In this document: one piece after another, positions 9,555 to 19,386 of the stretch
Layout of the letters: the number at the start of each line of letters is the position of its first letter
How positions within the stretch are numbered: the first letter of the stretch is position 1
From: an uncultured Desulfobacteraceae bacterium
GTDB lineage: Bacteria; Desulfobacterota; Desulfobacteria; Desulfobacterales; SKZT01
Assembly: GCA_964478625.1 (NCBI GenBank)
Contig: CAYZJH010000001.1
Coordinates: 76,588 to 140,587 of the forward strand
Length of the DNA: 64,000 bases
Direction of reading: 5' to 3'
Program-made: the position numbers and the translations under genes
The notes under the pieces: model-generated
The model's input: the letters and a program-made list of their open reading frames with translations, nothing else
Database searches by the model: none
Told to the model about the DNA's origin: nothing

Positions 9555-10592
9555 ATGCTCACAGGATGTTTTACCGCACTGGTGACACCATATTCAGGTG
9601 AAGCGGTCGATTATGAAGGTCTGGAAAAGCTCGCCCAATTTCAGATTAAAAACGGTATCACTGGAATTCTATCAGTGGGGACTACCGGTGAAAGTCCGGC
9701 ATTAACATGGGAAGAACATCTGAATGTTGTTGAAAAAATCGCCGAGCAAACTCGTGGGAAATGCCTTTGCATTGCCGGTACCGGAAGCAACAATACCAAA
9801 GAATCGTTAGAAGCCACCCGGCATGCGGCTAAAGCCAAAGTCGATGCTGTACTTTTGGTTGACCCATATTACAACGGTCCCAGCTCAATTGAAATTCGAA
9901 AAGAGTATATCGGCCCCTTGGCTTCGTCCTTTCCTGAACTGGAAATGATTCCTTACATTATTCCCGGACGTACAGGCACACAACTGTTGCCTGAAGACCT
10001 TGCACTTTTAAATAAAGCCTTCAAAAACGTCAATACCGTTAAAGAAGCCACCGGAAGCATTGAGAATATGCGCCGCACCCGTGAGTGTTGCGGCCCTGAT
10101 TTTACAATCCTTTCCGGCGACGACGGAATGACTTTCGAGATGATGACCGACCCTGGAGTTAAAGGTGCGGGAGTTATTTCGGTTGTTTCCAATGTTGCTC
10201 CGCAAGCGGTTAGTCAAATGGTTTCATTTCTCAATGAAGGAAGGAAAACAGAAGCAAAACAGCTTATGGATTCGCTTACACCGCTGTTCGGACTTGTTAT
10301 GATTAAAACGCAGGAGCAAACACCTTATGGAGAGGTAGTATGCAAAGCTAGAAATCCTATCGGAATCAAGTTATTGATGACGATTTTGGGTATGCCTTCA
10401 GGAGGTTGCCGCCAGCCATTGGGTAAAGCCACACAAAACGCTTTAAAAAAGGTTCTTGATGCAGCACAAACGGTCTGGAAAAATAATCCGGATATTTTGA
10501 GACCTGTACAGGAATTTTTTAATGTAGATATCACTTCCCGTCTGAATGACCCTGCAAACTGGCGTGGTCTGGCTTACGAAAAATATGAATAA
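9555..10592 (+). CDS. Dihydrodipicolinate synthase (DapA/NAL) family lyase with a C-terminal extension of about 50 aa.
   Basis: 345-aa ORF. It has the GTTGE motif (VGTTGESPAL), the tyrosine-containing YIIPGRTG and the Schiff-base lysine context (VNTVKEATGS). A GGGGGA RBS lies upstream of the ATG. Confidence 0.8.
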   Translation: MLTGCFTALVTPYSGEAVDYEGLEKLAQFQIKNGITGILSVGTTGESPALTWEEHLNVVEKIAEQTRGKCLCIAGTGSNNTKESLEATRHAAKAKVDAVLLVDPYYNGPSSIEIRKEYIGPLASSFPELEMIPYIIPGRTGTQLLPEDLALLNKAFKNVNTVKEATGSIENMRRTRECCGPDFTILSGDDGMTFEMMTDPGVKGAGVISVVSNVAPQAVSQMVSFLNEGRKTEAKQLMDSLTPLFGLVMIKTQEQTPYGEVVCKARNPIGIKLLMTILGMPSGGCRQPLGKATQNALKKVLDAAQTVWKNNPDILRPVQEFFNVDITSRLNDPANWRGLAYEKYE

Positions 10593-10618
10593 AATCATTT
10601 TTTAAAATTAAAAAATTC

Positions 10619-10647
10619 GGTGTCAGGTTTTTGCATCACCTGACACC
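10619..10647. terminator. Hairpin terminator between the convergent dapA-like and ykgJ-like genes.
   Basis: GGTGTCAGGT(9 nt)ACCTGACACC is a perfect 10-bp stem. The A-run on the plus side gives a U-run for the minus-strand transcript. Confidence 0.7.
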
Positions 10648-10687
10648 GCTTAAAAACCGGATTTCTAAAAACAAACAATAAATTATC

Positions 10688-11491
10688 CTATTGTTTCCCC
10701 TGGACTCCAAGACCATCTTTTAATTTAAAACCACCATCGGAACTTCCTTGGAACAAAACGGATTTCAGCCATTTTACGGCAAATTTCAACAGCTCGACCT
10801 CGTTTTCTTTTATTTTATTTATCGTTTCAGAATCAATATCATAACGGTTTAAAAAAGAACTGTTAAAGATGAAATCCCTGAATTTGTCGATATCGTAACT
10901 GGCCATAAAAAACATATCCTTGGCCTTTTGAGTCAGCTGGATATTTTTCGGAAAGGATCGTTTTCTCACAACAAGATCGGTCCAACCTGCGTTAATTTCA
11001 TCATGGATGTCCACCCCCTGATCCTTTCGCCATTGGCGAACCGTCCATTCAGTATCTTCTTCAAACCCCTTACAATGAGGTTCATGGACAAAAAAATAGA
11101 ATTCACTTCCATCCGAATCTTCCTTGTGAGAAAGAGATGCAACGCCTATAGGATAGTACCTGCACGTGGTTGGTCTGTCTTTATACACCAGACATCCGTC
11201 TTCACGGACAAATGGGCATGATTGCTGATCATCGTCCAAAAGTCTTAAAGTGACCATGGGAAGGTCTGTTTTTTCCAGAATTTCGGGCTTTGTGTAGATA
11301 GCCAGAAATTTTTCAGAACTCAGATTCAATCGATTTTTCAACCGTATAATATCGTAAGGCGTCAAAATGATATTGATACCCCGGCAACATTGCGTAAAAC
11401 ATGAAACACCTTTATGGCATTTGAATTTGAAACGGCTATCAGAAGATAACCTGACTGGTTCTATGCCCGCCATGGATTCGGCTATACCCAT
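10688..11491 (-). CDS. YkgJ-family cysteine-cluster (zinc/iron-chelating, UPF0153-like) protein.
   Basis: 267-aa ORF with CHKGVSCFTQCCRG near the N terminus, followed by CPFV...GCLVYKDRPTTCRYYP. This is the pattern of the YkgJ/CxxCxxCC family. Confidence 0.7.
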   Translation of the reverse strand: MGIAESMAGIEPVRLSSDSRFKFKCHKGVSCFTQCCRGINIILTPYDIIRLKNRLNLSSEKFLAIYTKPEILEKTDLPMVTLRLLDDDQQSCPFVREDGCLVYKDRPTTCRYYPIGVASLSHKEDSDGSEFYFFVHEPHCKGFEEDTEWTVRQWRKDQGVDIHDEINAGWTDLVVRKRSFPKNIQLTQKAKDMFFMASYDIDKFRDFIFNSSFLNRYDIDSETINKIKENEVELLKFAVKWLKSVLFQGSSDGGFKLKDGLGVQGKQ

Positions 11492-11674
11492 ATTCTTGAT
11501 TTCCTTTCATATATATTTTGGCAAAGGGGATAAAATGTTTGATATGATAAAGATCATTGAATAAAATGTCAAACAGTAAACTCCGGTAAACTCCGGTGAT
11601 ATGATCGGAGGTCAACAGGTTCGATTGAAATTAAATCTTGATTTAAAATACGCTTATGCTATTTGATTTTGCAC

Positions 11675-12118
11675 ATGATGAGTGATCATTTTTCAACCTA
11701 TAGCCCTGGTCGCATTTTTATAGGCAATCTACCCACAGGAGAAGATATTATCCGTGCAGTAGAGTCTTTCTGCCATAAAAATGCCATTCAACAAGCTCTT
11801 TTTTCCATAAGTGGTGCCGTATCATTATTCACAATAGGCGTTTTTGATCAGAAACAGCATGTTCATGTTACTTCAAGAAATGAATTTCCAATGGAAATTA
11901 TTTTCTGCTCTGGTAATATCACTTTAAATGGTGGAAATGCCCATGTACAAGCTCAAATTATTCTAGCGGATCAGTCCGGAAACACTTCCGGGGGATCTCT
12001 TTTTTCAGATACCCTTTTGTTAAGCGGTGAATTACAGCTTATCGAGTTGTTAGGCTCTCCCGCAATCAGAGAGTATGACCAGAATTCAGGCCGGATGCAA
12101 TGGGTTAAAAAAACATGA
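11675..12118 (+). CDS. PPC (DUF296) domain protein.
   Basis: The ORF track starts at TTG 11663; the in-frame ATG at 11675 is more likely. The pattern GRIFIGNLPTGEDIIRAVESFC...ISGAVS...MEIIFCSGNI...HVQAQIILADQSGNTSGGSL matches the DUF296/PPC fold as I recall it. Confidence 0.6.
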   Translation: MMSDHFSTYSPGRIFIGNLPTGEDIIRAVESFCHKNAIQQALFSISGAVSLFTIGVFDQKQHVHVTSRNEFPMEIIFCSGNITLNGGNAHVQAQIILADQSGNTSGGSLFSDTLLLSGELQLIELLGSPAIREYDQNSGRMQWVKKT

Positions 12119-12210
12119 TACCATAATAGGTTTTGAAATACATTCTCATACTGTGCACATCTTATGAATTCAACAATTCTATTTTTATTTTAGGGAATTG
12201 AGGAGGCGAC

Positions 12211-13275
12211 ATGGAACTGACCATAAAAATTGCAGATCACTTAAAACAAAAGCCGGATGACTCGGACCTGACTTTCGGCACCATTTTTACAGATCACATG
12301 TTCAATATGGATTATCATCCTGACAAGGGATGGTACAACCCTCGCATTGAACCGTATAAAGCTTTCGAAATGGATCCGGCTACGATGGTATTGCATTATG
12401 GTCAGGCAATTTTCGAAGGGCTGAAAGCCTTTAGAACACCCACCGGGAAAATTCAACTTTTCAGACCCATGGATAATATCCGGCGAATGAACCGTTCCGC
12501 CCGGGCCCTCTGCATGAAAGAAATCGATGAAAACCTCTTTCTTGATTGTTTAATACAACTGCTCTTAACAGAAAAGAGCTGGGTACCGAGTGCTCCGGGA
12601 ACATCCCTTTATATTCGCCCTACCTGCATTGCCACTGATCCCTATCTGGGTGTCAGATCATCACATACATTCCGCTTTTTTATCATTTTGTGTCCCGTAG
12701 GGGCCTATTACAAGGAAGGCTTTAATCCGATTAAAATATGGGTAACCAAGGATCATGTGCGAGCGGTACGCGGTGGGCTTGGTGAAGCCAAAACACCAGG
12801 AAATTACGCGGCAAGTCTTTTGGCTGCAGAAGAAGCTCACAGAGCCGGTTATACTCAGGTCTTGTGGCTGGATGGTGTGGAATTGAAATATGTCGAAGAA
12901 GTTGGTTCAATGAATATCTTTTTTGTTATCGATGATGAAATTATTACCCCAATGCTAAACGGAAGCATACTACCGGGTATAACCCGTGATTCGGTGATTG
13001 CCTTAGGTAAAAAATGGGGCATGAAAGTGACGGAGAGAAGAATAAGCATTGATGAAGTGATGGATGCATTTCATTCCGGAAAACTGCAGGAAATATTCGG
13101 TTCAGGAACCGCAGCGGTTATTTCACCTGTAGGGGAGCTCAAATACGGTGACAAGGTGATCAAAATCGGTGATGGCAAAGTGGGACCTGTTGCCCATAAA
13201 TTATTCGACGCCATTACGGATATTCAATACGGTAAAGTCGAAGACTCTATGGGGTGGATCATGCCTGTTCAATAG
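12211..13275 (+). CDS. ilvE: Branched-chain amino acid aminotransferase (class IV PLP enzyme).
   Basis: 354-aa ORF. Motifs FTDHMF, HYGQAIFEGLKAFR, GEAKTPGNYAASL and GSILPGITRD are typical of long-form IlvE. GAGGAGG RBS. Confidence 0.9.
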   Translation: MELTIKIADHLKQKPDDSDLTFGTIFTDHMFNMDYHPDKGWYNPRIEPYKAFEMDPATMVLHYGQAIFEGLKAFRTPTGKIQLFRPMDNIRRMNRSARALCMKEIDENLFLDCLIQLLLTEKSWVPSAPGTSLYIRPTCIATDPYLGVRSSHTFRFFIILCPVGAYYKEGFNPIKIWVTKDHVRAVRGGLGEAKTPGNYAASLLAAEEAHRAGYTQVLWLDGVELKYVEEVGSMNIFFVIDDEIITPMLNGSILPGITRDSVIALGKKWGMKVTERRISIDEVMDAFHSGKLQEIFGSGTAAVISPVGELKYGDKVIKIGDGKVGPVAHKLFDAITDIQYGKVEDSMGWIMPVQ

Positions 13276-13327
13276 ATCAAAATCAAATCCTGCACGAGAT
13301 TTCTTCAATAACATATGAGGATCTGAA

Positions 13328-14752
13328 ATGTATACAAACCAGGATTCATCTAACAAAATTTTGTCCAACCACTTGGATTCCTTTATTAAAAAAATGCAAA
13401 ATGATGGACTCGATTCGCATACTATCGATTCATTTGCCTATTATTATCAAAAAGTGGTCAACAATGAAAAAGGGTTCATTTATAACAAGGATATCATTCC
13501 GGTAACGCATGAGGAAATACCCGATTTAAAAGACCTGGAAAATTATGCGGAATCCGGAAAAAAAGTGATGAACAAAACAGTAATGATTGTGCTCAATGGT
13601 GGCCTTGGCACCAGCATGGGGCTGACTGGGCCCAAATCCCTGATTAAAATAAAGCATGGAAAAACATTTTTGGAATTTAAAATGGAACATGCCAAAAACC
13701 TGGGAATCAACCTGGTGCTTATGAATAGTTTTCGTACCCATGAAAAAACACTTACAAGCCTGCGCGAAATGGATATCAAAAATCCATCTGATTTTCCCTT
13801 GAGCTTTCTTCAATATAAGTTCCCTAAAATTAACAGGCACGACCTGTCTCCTGCCGTGTGGCCCAAAGACCCATCCCTGGAGTGGAATCCTCCGGGGCAC
13901 GGCGATATTTATTCTGCACTTTTTTCTTCTCAAATGATGCAAAAGCTTTTGGACCAGAATATACGCTATGCATTTATCTGTAATTCCGACAATTTGGGTG
14001 CCAGAGTCAATGAACCCCTGCTGGGGTATTTTTCAAAAAATGCAATTCCCTTTTTAATGGAAGTAACCCAGAGACGACCTTTAGATGCTAAAGGCGGTCA
14101 TTTAGCAAAGCAAAAAAACGGAAGACTCATCTTAAGAGAGATTGCCCAATGCCCTGAAGAAGAGATTGAGGCATTTCAGGATATACAAAAATATCGTTTT
14201 TTTAACACCAACAATCTCTGGATAGATCTGGTTTTCTTAAAAGATTATTTCTCAAAATATAAAAAATTTTATCTCCCTTTAATCTTAAAGCCCGGCAAGC
14301 TTGATCCGCGAGATGATTTAAGTCCGGATATTTTTCAGGTAGAAACTGCGATGGGCGCTGCAATTTCAATGTTTGAAGGAGCTTCGGCCATCAAAGTCTC
14401 CAAAGCAAGGTTTATGCCGGTCAAAGGCCACAACGATCTGTTGGCTGTTTGGTCTGATTGCTATGTAGTCCAGAAAAATAAAGGAATCGTTTCCAATCCC
14501 GACCGTGATGGGATGGTTCCGATCACAATATCCCTTGATCCTGAATTTTATCGAAAAATAGACATGTTTTTTGACAGGTTCAAGGATGGCCCGCCATCCT
14601 TGGTGCAATGCGATTCTCTAACTGTCAAAGGCAATGTTTTTTTTGGAAAAGATATTAAGGTTAAGGGAAGAGTTCATATCGAAAACACCAAGAAAACGCC
14701 GGCGTTTATTCCTGACGGAACTGTTCTAAACCACGACGTTTTGTTTTTTTAA
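13328..14752 (+). CDS. UTP--glucose-1-phosphate uridylyltransferase of the UDPGP (eukaryote-type) family.
   Basis: 474-aa ORF with the UDPGP signature VLNGGLGTSMGLTGPKS, plus NSFRTHEKT and PPGHGDIY. Confidence 0.8.
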   Translation: MYTNQDSSNKILSNHLDSFIKKMQNDGLDSHTIDSFAYYYQKVVNNEKGFIYNKDIIPVTHEEIPDLKDLENYAESGKKVMNKTVMIVLNGGLGTSMGLTGPKSLIKIKHGKTFLEFKMEHAKNLGINLVLMNSFRTHEKTLTSLREMDIKNPSDFPLSFLQYKFPKINRHDLSPAVWPKDPSLEWNPPGHGDIYSALFSSQMMQKLLDQNIRYAFICNSDNLGARVNEPLLGYFSKNAIPFLMEVTQRRPLDAKGGHLAKQKNGRLILREIAQCPEEEIEAFQDIQKYRFFNTNNLWIDLVFLKDYFSKYKKFYLPLILKPGKLDPRDDLSPDIFQVETAMGAAISMFEGASAIKVSKARFMPVKGHNDLLAVWSDCYVVQKNKGIVSNPDRDGMVPITISLDPEFYRKIDMFFDRFKDGPPSLVQCDSLTVKGNVFFGKDIKVKGRVHIENTKKTPAFIPDGTVLNHDVLFF

Positions 14753-14859
14753 AAATTAAATCATGTCAAATTTAAACGGTTTTACAGCCACCATTTTGAG
14801 TCGAGAATTAAAAATTCTACCCATGTAAACCCTAAAGCATAATTTTTAAGGAGGTATCA

Positions 14860-16380
14860 TTGATTTTACAAAGTTTTACAATTTACGATATTTATAAAAG
14901 AAATGCCATGCTCTTCGGCAGCAATACAGCTCTTGTAAGTGGTGAAAAACGACTCACACACAAACAGCTTTTTGACCAGGTCAACTCTCTTGCCGCAGGA
15001 TTTGCTAAAAAAGGTGTTCGCCGGGGAGATCGCATAGGCATTTTAAGTTTGAACCACGAAAATTTTTTCCATATATTCGGCGCAGCAGCAGCCCTCGGGG
15101 CAATTGTTTCACCTGTCAACTGGCGGCTGTCCAATGAAGAAATTCAATATATTCTGCAAGATTCTTCGCCTTCCGTTATCGTTGTGGACAAAAAACACGG
15201 AGCAAAAATACAAGAACTGATCAGCAACAGCTCAGCCGATGTAACGATGGACAATATTTTTTGTTTTGACAAGGACTGCCCGAACATCAGTCCTTTGGAC
15301 ACCCTTATGGCGAAAGATTCTTTTCAGCCCTTGGATATTACTTCAGATGATGCGTTCTGTATTATTTACACCGCAGCTGTTGACGGCAAACCTCGCGGAG
15401 CCGTATTAAGCCATCAGAACATTATTGCTGCCAATATGCAATTTATGGCTGCCTGGCATCTTACCTGCCATGATGCTTATCTGAATATGTTGCCAATGTT
15501 TCACATAACAGGACTTAATCTGTGTATGGCAGCCATGCATGCCGGCGGAAAAAATGTTGTGATGGACAAATTTGATCAAAAAATGGCGATGGAATTAACC
15601 CAAAAGGAAAAAATCACCATGTTGGGCAGTTTTGCCCCCATTATGTCCAGATTGTTGGATGAATTCGAAACAGGTAACTACGACACATCTTCTCTGAGAA
15701 ACCTGACAGGTTTGGAGGCCCCGGACACTATTGCGGTATTTGAGAAAAAAACCAAAAGCACATTTTGGCCATTATATGGACAATCTGAAACATCCGGAAC
15801 CATAACCCTGGCTCCATTTTCCGAACGACCCGGGTCGGCTGGAAAACCGGCTTTTCTGTCTGAAATTTGTATGGTGGATGAACATGACCATCCGGTTCCT
15901 ATCGGGGAAAAAGGAGAAATCGTCGTTCGAGGACCACTTGTCTTTAAGGGATATTGGAAACAGGCGGAATTGAATCAAAAGACATTCAGAAACAACTGGC
16001 ACCATACCGGAGATCTTGGAAGATTTGACGAGGGGGGGTATTTATGGTTTGCAGGAAGAAAACCTGAAAAAGAACTGATCAAACCCGGAGGAGAAAATGT
16101 ATATCCGGCTGAAGTGGAGGATGTGATCATGGGAAATCCAAAAATACAGGAGGTTTCTGTGATCGGTGTGCCTGATCGGGATTTTGGTGAAGCGATAAAA
16201 GCAGTTTGCGTGTTAAAACAAGGAGAGTCGATAGAAGCTAAAGAATTGGTCGATTTTGTGGCCCAGCGTATTGCCCGATATAAAAAGCCCAAATATGTGG
16301 AATTTGTGGAAGAGCTTCCCAAAACTGCAAGTGGTAATATTGACCGTGAAAAAGTAAAAGAATCTTACGGTAAAATTTAA
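14860..16380 (+). CDS. AMP-dependent acyl-CoA synthetase/ligase (fatty-acid-CoA ligase family).
   Basis: 506-aa ORF. AMP-binding motifs include IIYTAAVDGKPRGAVLSH, YGQSETSG, TGDLGRFDEGGYLWFAGR and a C-terminal PKTASGNIDR. It uses a TTG start after AAGGAGG. Confidence 0.85.
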   Translation: MILQSFTIYDIYKRNAMLFGSNTALVSGEKRLTHKQLFDQVNSLAAGFAKKGVRRGDRIGILSLNHENFFHIFGAAAALGAIVSPVNWRLSNEEIQYILQDSSPSVIVVDKKHGAKIQELISNSSADVTMDNIFCFDKDCPNISPLDTLMAKDSFQPLDITSDDAFCIIYTAAVDGKPRGAVLSHQNIIAANMQFMAAWHLTCHDAYLNMLPMFHITGLNLCMAAMHAGGKNVVMDKFDQKMAMELTQKEKITMLGSFAPIMSRLLDEFETGNYDTSSLRNLTGLEAPDTIAVFEKKTKSTFWPLYGQSETSGTITLAPFSERPGSAGKPAFLSEICMVDEHDHPVPIGEKGEIVVRGPLVFKGYWKQAELNQKTFRNNWHHTGDLGRFDEGGYLWFAGRKPEKELIKPGGENVYPAEVEDVIMGNPKIQEVSVIGVPDRDFGEAIKAVCVLKQGESIEAKELVDFVAQRIARYKKPKYVEFVEELPKTASGNIDREKVKESYGKI

Positions 16381-16404
16381 TTTTTACATAAAAAACCATA
16401 AAAA

Positions 16405-16441
16405 AAGGTGCAATCTCCTTTTCAAAAGGAACTTGCACCTT
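16405..16441. terminator. Bidirectional rho-independent terminator between the acyl-CoA ligase gene and pilQ.
   Basis: AAGGTGCAA-TC-TCCTTTT-C-AAAAGGA-AC-TTGCACCTT forms a long hairpin, flanked by an A-run upstream and a T-run downstream. Confidence 0.8.
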
Positions 16442-16459
16442 TTTTATTTCTTCAGTTCA

Positions 16460-18670
16460 TCAATTTTGATAACTTAACATATTTTTCTGTTCAAGCCGCA
16501 TGATTCTTGGTGTCAGAAATATTAAGAGTTCTTCTTTTCTGCTAAAGTTTCCATCCTTTTTGAATAGCCATTTTAGGACGGGTAATTTACCAAGTACCGG
16601 AACAGAATCAGTAGATTCTTGCTCAGAGGATAGTAAAATACCACCGATCACAATGGTTTCGCCATCATTCACCAATAGTTCTGTTTCCGCTCTTTTTGTC
16701 GAAAGTGAGGGGATACCGTCAACGGAGAATTCGGCAACTTCATCTTTTGCAACCAGGACATTTAGGGTTACCCTGTCATCCGGCGTCACAACGGGTGTGA
16801 CTTCCAAACGAAGGTCAACTTCCTTAAACTGTGTTTGAACCATACCATCAGAACCAATTACAGAGTATGGAATTTCACGCCCTTGTTTAATCACCGCTTT
16901 TTTATTGTTTAAGGTCATTATTTTTGGAGAGGAAACAATTTTACCTTCACCCTTGCTTTCCAATGCAGATAACCTGGCATCTATTACCAATGGAGATCCG
17001 AAAATTCGAGAAAATTGAAATCCTATGGAACCGGCGGGATTTAATACAGGGAGGTTAACTGCTGTATCGTATCCCCACTGCCCCCCTAATCTTGAACTAT
17101 CAATTCTTTCTCCCGAGGAAAAATTCCTTTGAATTGTCGGATCTGGTTGATTACGTCTCCAATCAATGGCATGTGATCCAGGTACTCCATATTGCAGCGG
17201 ATTGCTAGCACCCATCCACGGACCACGAATCACTCTTCCCTGCTCTGATGCCATATCCCATTGGATACCTATTTCCTTGGAAAAATCGCTGGTGACTTCG
17301 ACAATTCTGGCTTCAATAATCACTTGAGGAGTAACCATATCCAACCGCTGAATGATTTCTCTGGCATGTTTAATTTTATCTGCCGTGTCCGTCATAATCA
17401 CCATATTGGTGCGGGTATCCACAGTAATAATTCCCCGGTCCCTGGTGGAAATAAGTTGCAATTTGGGCAGGATGTCTCTTTCAGCTTCTGAATAATTAAT
17501 TGGAAAATATTCAGTCACCAAAGGCTCTACAGCTTTTTCTTCTTCAAGGAGTTTGGCTCGAGCGGCAATCTGATCCTGGCGGTCTTTTTGTTCTTTGGTA
17601 ATGGTTTCCATCCTGGCAATACGAATAACATCAGCTTCTTCCACTTTACCCAACTGGTTCATTTTTAAAATAAGATCCAGTATTTGATCCCAGGGAACCG
17701 GCTTTTCCAAGGTCAAAGTCACAGTTCCGGTGACATCCCTGTCAATTGCGAAATTTTTACCACTGACTTCCCTAAGAATCCTGAAAACATTTCTGATATC
17801 TGTTTCAAAAAAATCAAGGGCGATTTTTTCACCAGTATATGTCTTGCCAGACCCGACTGTTTCCATTCCCAAAATTGCATCCGGTATTTCTGTTTCCTGC
17901 ACCATATTTTTTGCAATTGGAGAAAGTCTTGTTCCAGCGGACATTTGGGCTGATGGGGAAATTGGATCTTCCAAAGGTTCTGATATCATCCGTTGCCAGG
18001 AAGGCAACCCTGCCTCATCTAAAGACTTCGGAGAAATTGAGGAAGCTTCAAAATGGATTTGTAACAAATTATCAGTCTGTTGTGGCTGGAACCCGACTTT
18101 CTCCCTAAGTTCTATAGTTATGATTGCATCTTTCATGGAAGTCGTTTGAATCGGTAAGATTTTGTCAACAGCACTGTCAAACCGATTTGTAATCAGAGGC
18201 CTTTTGTGCTGTTCAGGTAAACGCGTATCCAAAAGTTGGAGGATTACCTTTTTATCCGACATTTCTTTGAGTTCATATCGAATTGGCCGAGTTGTCCCTA
18301 CAGTGATAACGGATCGTCCTTCCGGTAATCCTGAGAATTCAATGCGATTAACCAAGGCAGATTCTTTATGAGCAGGATTTGTTTGATCTCCTGACTTCTG
18401 ATTTCCGGAGATCAACACTGTTTCTTCAGCCATCAACGCCTCTTCCGTCAACAATGGCTCAGGCTCGGCTACAGCAGTCTTTTCTTTTTCTACCAATGTT
18501 GAATCCGTCATCAAAGGGACTTCCGATGCTTTCCCCTCCTCCGGCGAAGTTGTTTGAATTCCGGCACATCCACTTACAATAATTACAATCGCACAAAGTA
18601 AAAGCGAAATCGCATGGGCAAAAAACATAGATATGTTTTTGGTTTTGCGCTTCATATCAATTTTCTCCAA
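16460..18670 (-). CDS. pilQ: Type IV pilus secretin PilQ (AMIN domain, N domains and a C-terminal secretin domain).
   Basis: 736-aa ORF. It has a lipoprotein-like signal (LLLCAIVIIVSGCAG) and the secretin C terminus (VPVLGKLPVLKWLFKK...ELLIFLTPRI). It is the last gene of the pilMNOPQ order. An alternative start is the ATG at 18655. Confidence 0.85.
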   Translation of the reverse strand: MEKIDMKRKTKNISMFFAHAISLLLCAIVIIVSGCAGIQTTSPEEGKASEVPLMTDSTLVEKEKTAVAEPEPLLTEEALMAEETVLISGNQKSGDQTNPAHKESALVNRIEFSGLPEGRSVITVGTTRPIRYELKEMSDKKVILQLLDTRLPEQHKRPLITNRFDSAVDKILPIQTTSMKDAIITIELREKVGFQPQQTDNLLQIHFEASSISPKSLDEAGLPSWQRMISEPLEDPISPSAQMSAGTRLSPIAKNMVQETEIPDAILGMETVGSGKTYTGEKIALDFFETDIRNVFRILREVSGKNFAIDRDVTGTVTLTLEKPVPWDQILDLILKMNQLGKVEEADVIRIARMETITKEQKDRQDQIAARAKLLEEEKAVEPLVTEYFPINYSEAERDILPKLQLISTRDRGIITVDTRTNMVIMTDTADKIKHAREIIQRLDMVTPQVIIEARIVEVTSDFSKEIGIQWDMASEQGRVIRGPWMGASNPLQYGVPGSHAIDWRRNQPDPTIQRNFSSGERIDSSRLGGQWGYDTAVNLPVLNPAGSIGFQFSRIFGSPLVIDARLSALESKGEGKIVSSPKIMTLNNKKAVIKQGREIPYSVIGSDGMVQTQFKEVDLRLEVTPVVTPDDRVTLNVLVAKDEVAEFSVDGIPSLSTKRAETELLVNDGETIVIGGILLSSEQESTDSVPVLGKLPVLKWLFKKDGNFSRKEELLIFLTPRIMRLEQKNMLSYQN

Positions 18671-19352
18671 AAGGTTTTTGAAGTTTGAGTTCCCTTTTCT
18701 GGAGGGTCAATTTACCTAAAACATCATCGACTTCTTCTTCTACAATGACCCGGTCCTTGGATATTTCAACAACTCTGCCTCCGTTTGTTCCCATATAGGT
18801 CCCTGTCGATATGATATATCCTTTTCCCGACGCCTCCTCAACCAAACCTTTATTTCCACCAGGCGCCTGAATAATACCCACCAGTTTTAACTGGCTAAGA
18901 TCAATTCTTTCAAGAGGAGTCCGGGGTATCCGTTTTTCTCGTTCAACTTTTTGGGAAACCTCCACCTCAGACTTTGGCCCTTCCCTGAATAAAGGCATAA
19001 AAGGATCAATCTTGTTATCAGGGTTATAAAGTTCCGGTATTCCTGAGGTCTCTATTTCCATGATCAAGTCATCTGCAGGTAAATTTAATTCGTCTGAAAT
19101 TACAGTATCGCCATCATCTTTCATGACGATTTTTCCCTGATCCAATGCCAGCCCCTGATCACTTTCTTTGGCGATATCATCTTCAGGAGAAACCGGTTGC
19201 TCAGTTTTGGCAGAACCCATTTCAATTTTCTGGCCTACCACTTTGGGCTTTGGGGGCTGTTCTGTTTGATTATTGCAAGCAATCCCCATACACAGAAATG
19301 CTATCCCCAATGAAATGATCCCAACTTTTTTAACCATACGCTGAATATACAT
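18657..19352 (-). CDS. pilP: PilP-like pilus assembly lipoprotein.
   Basis: 231-aa ORF with a lipobox (FLCMGIAC). The C-terminal PilP-type beta domain reads LSQLKLVGIIQAPGGNKGLVEEASGKGYIISTGTYMG...GRVVEISKDRVIV. It lies between pilO and pilQ. Confidence 0.7.
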   Translation of the reverse strand: MYIQRMVKKVGIISLGIAFLCMGIACNNQTEQPPKPKVVGQKIEMGSAKTEQPVSPEDDIAKESDQGLALDQGKIVMKDDGDTVISDELNLPADDLIMEIETSGIPELYNPDNKIDPFMPLFREGPKSEVEVSQKVEREKRIPRTPLERIDLSQLKLVGIIQAPGGNKGLVEEASGKGYIISTGTYMGTNGGRVVEISKDRVIVEEEVDDVLGKLTLQKRELKLQKPFGEN

Positions 19353-19386
19353 AATTATTGGCTACTTTTTTGTTTTTTTCTTTATA

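Noticed and set aside
11576-11597. Tandem direct repeat GTAAACTCCG x2 in the ykgJ/DUF296 divergent region.
   Set aside because: It has only two copies of 10 nt, which is too short to call a repeat element or array. It could be slippage or a minor regulatory site, and nothing supports it further.
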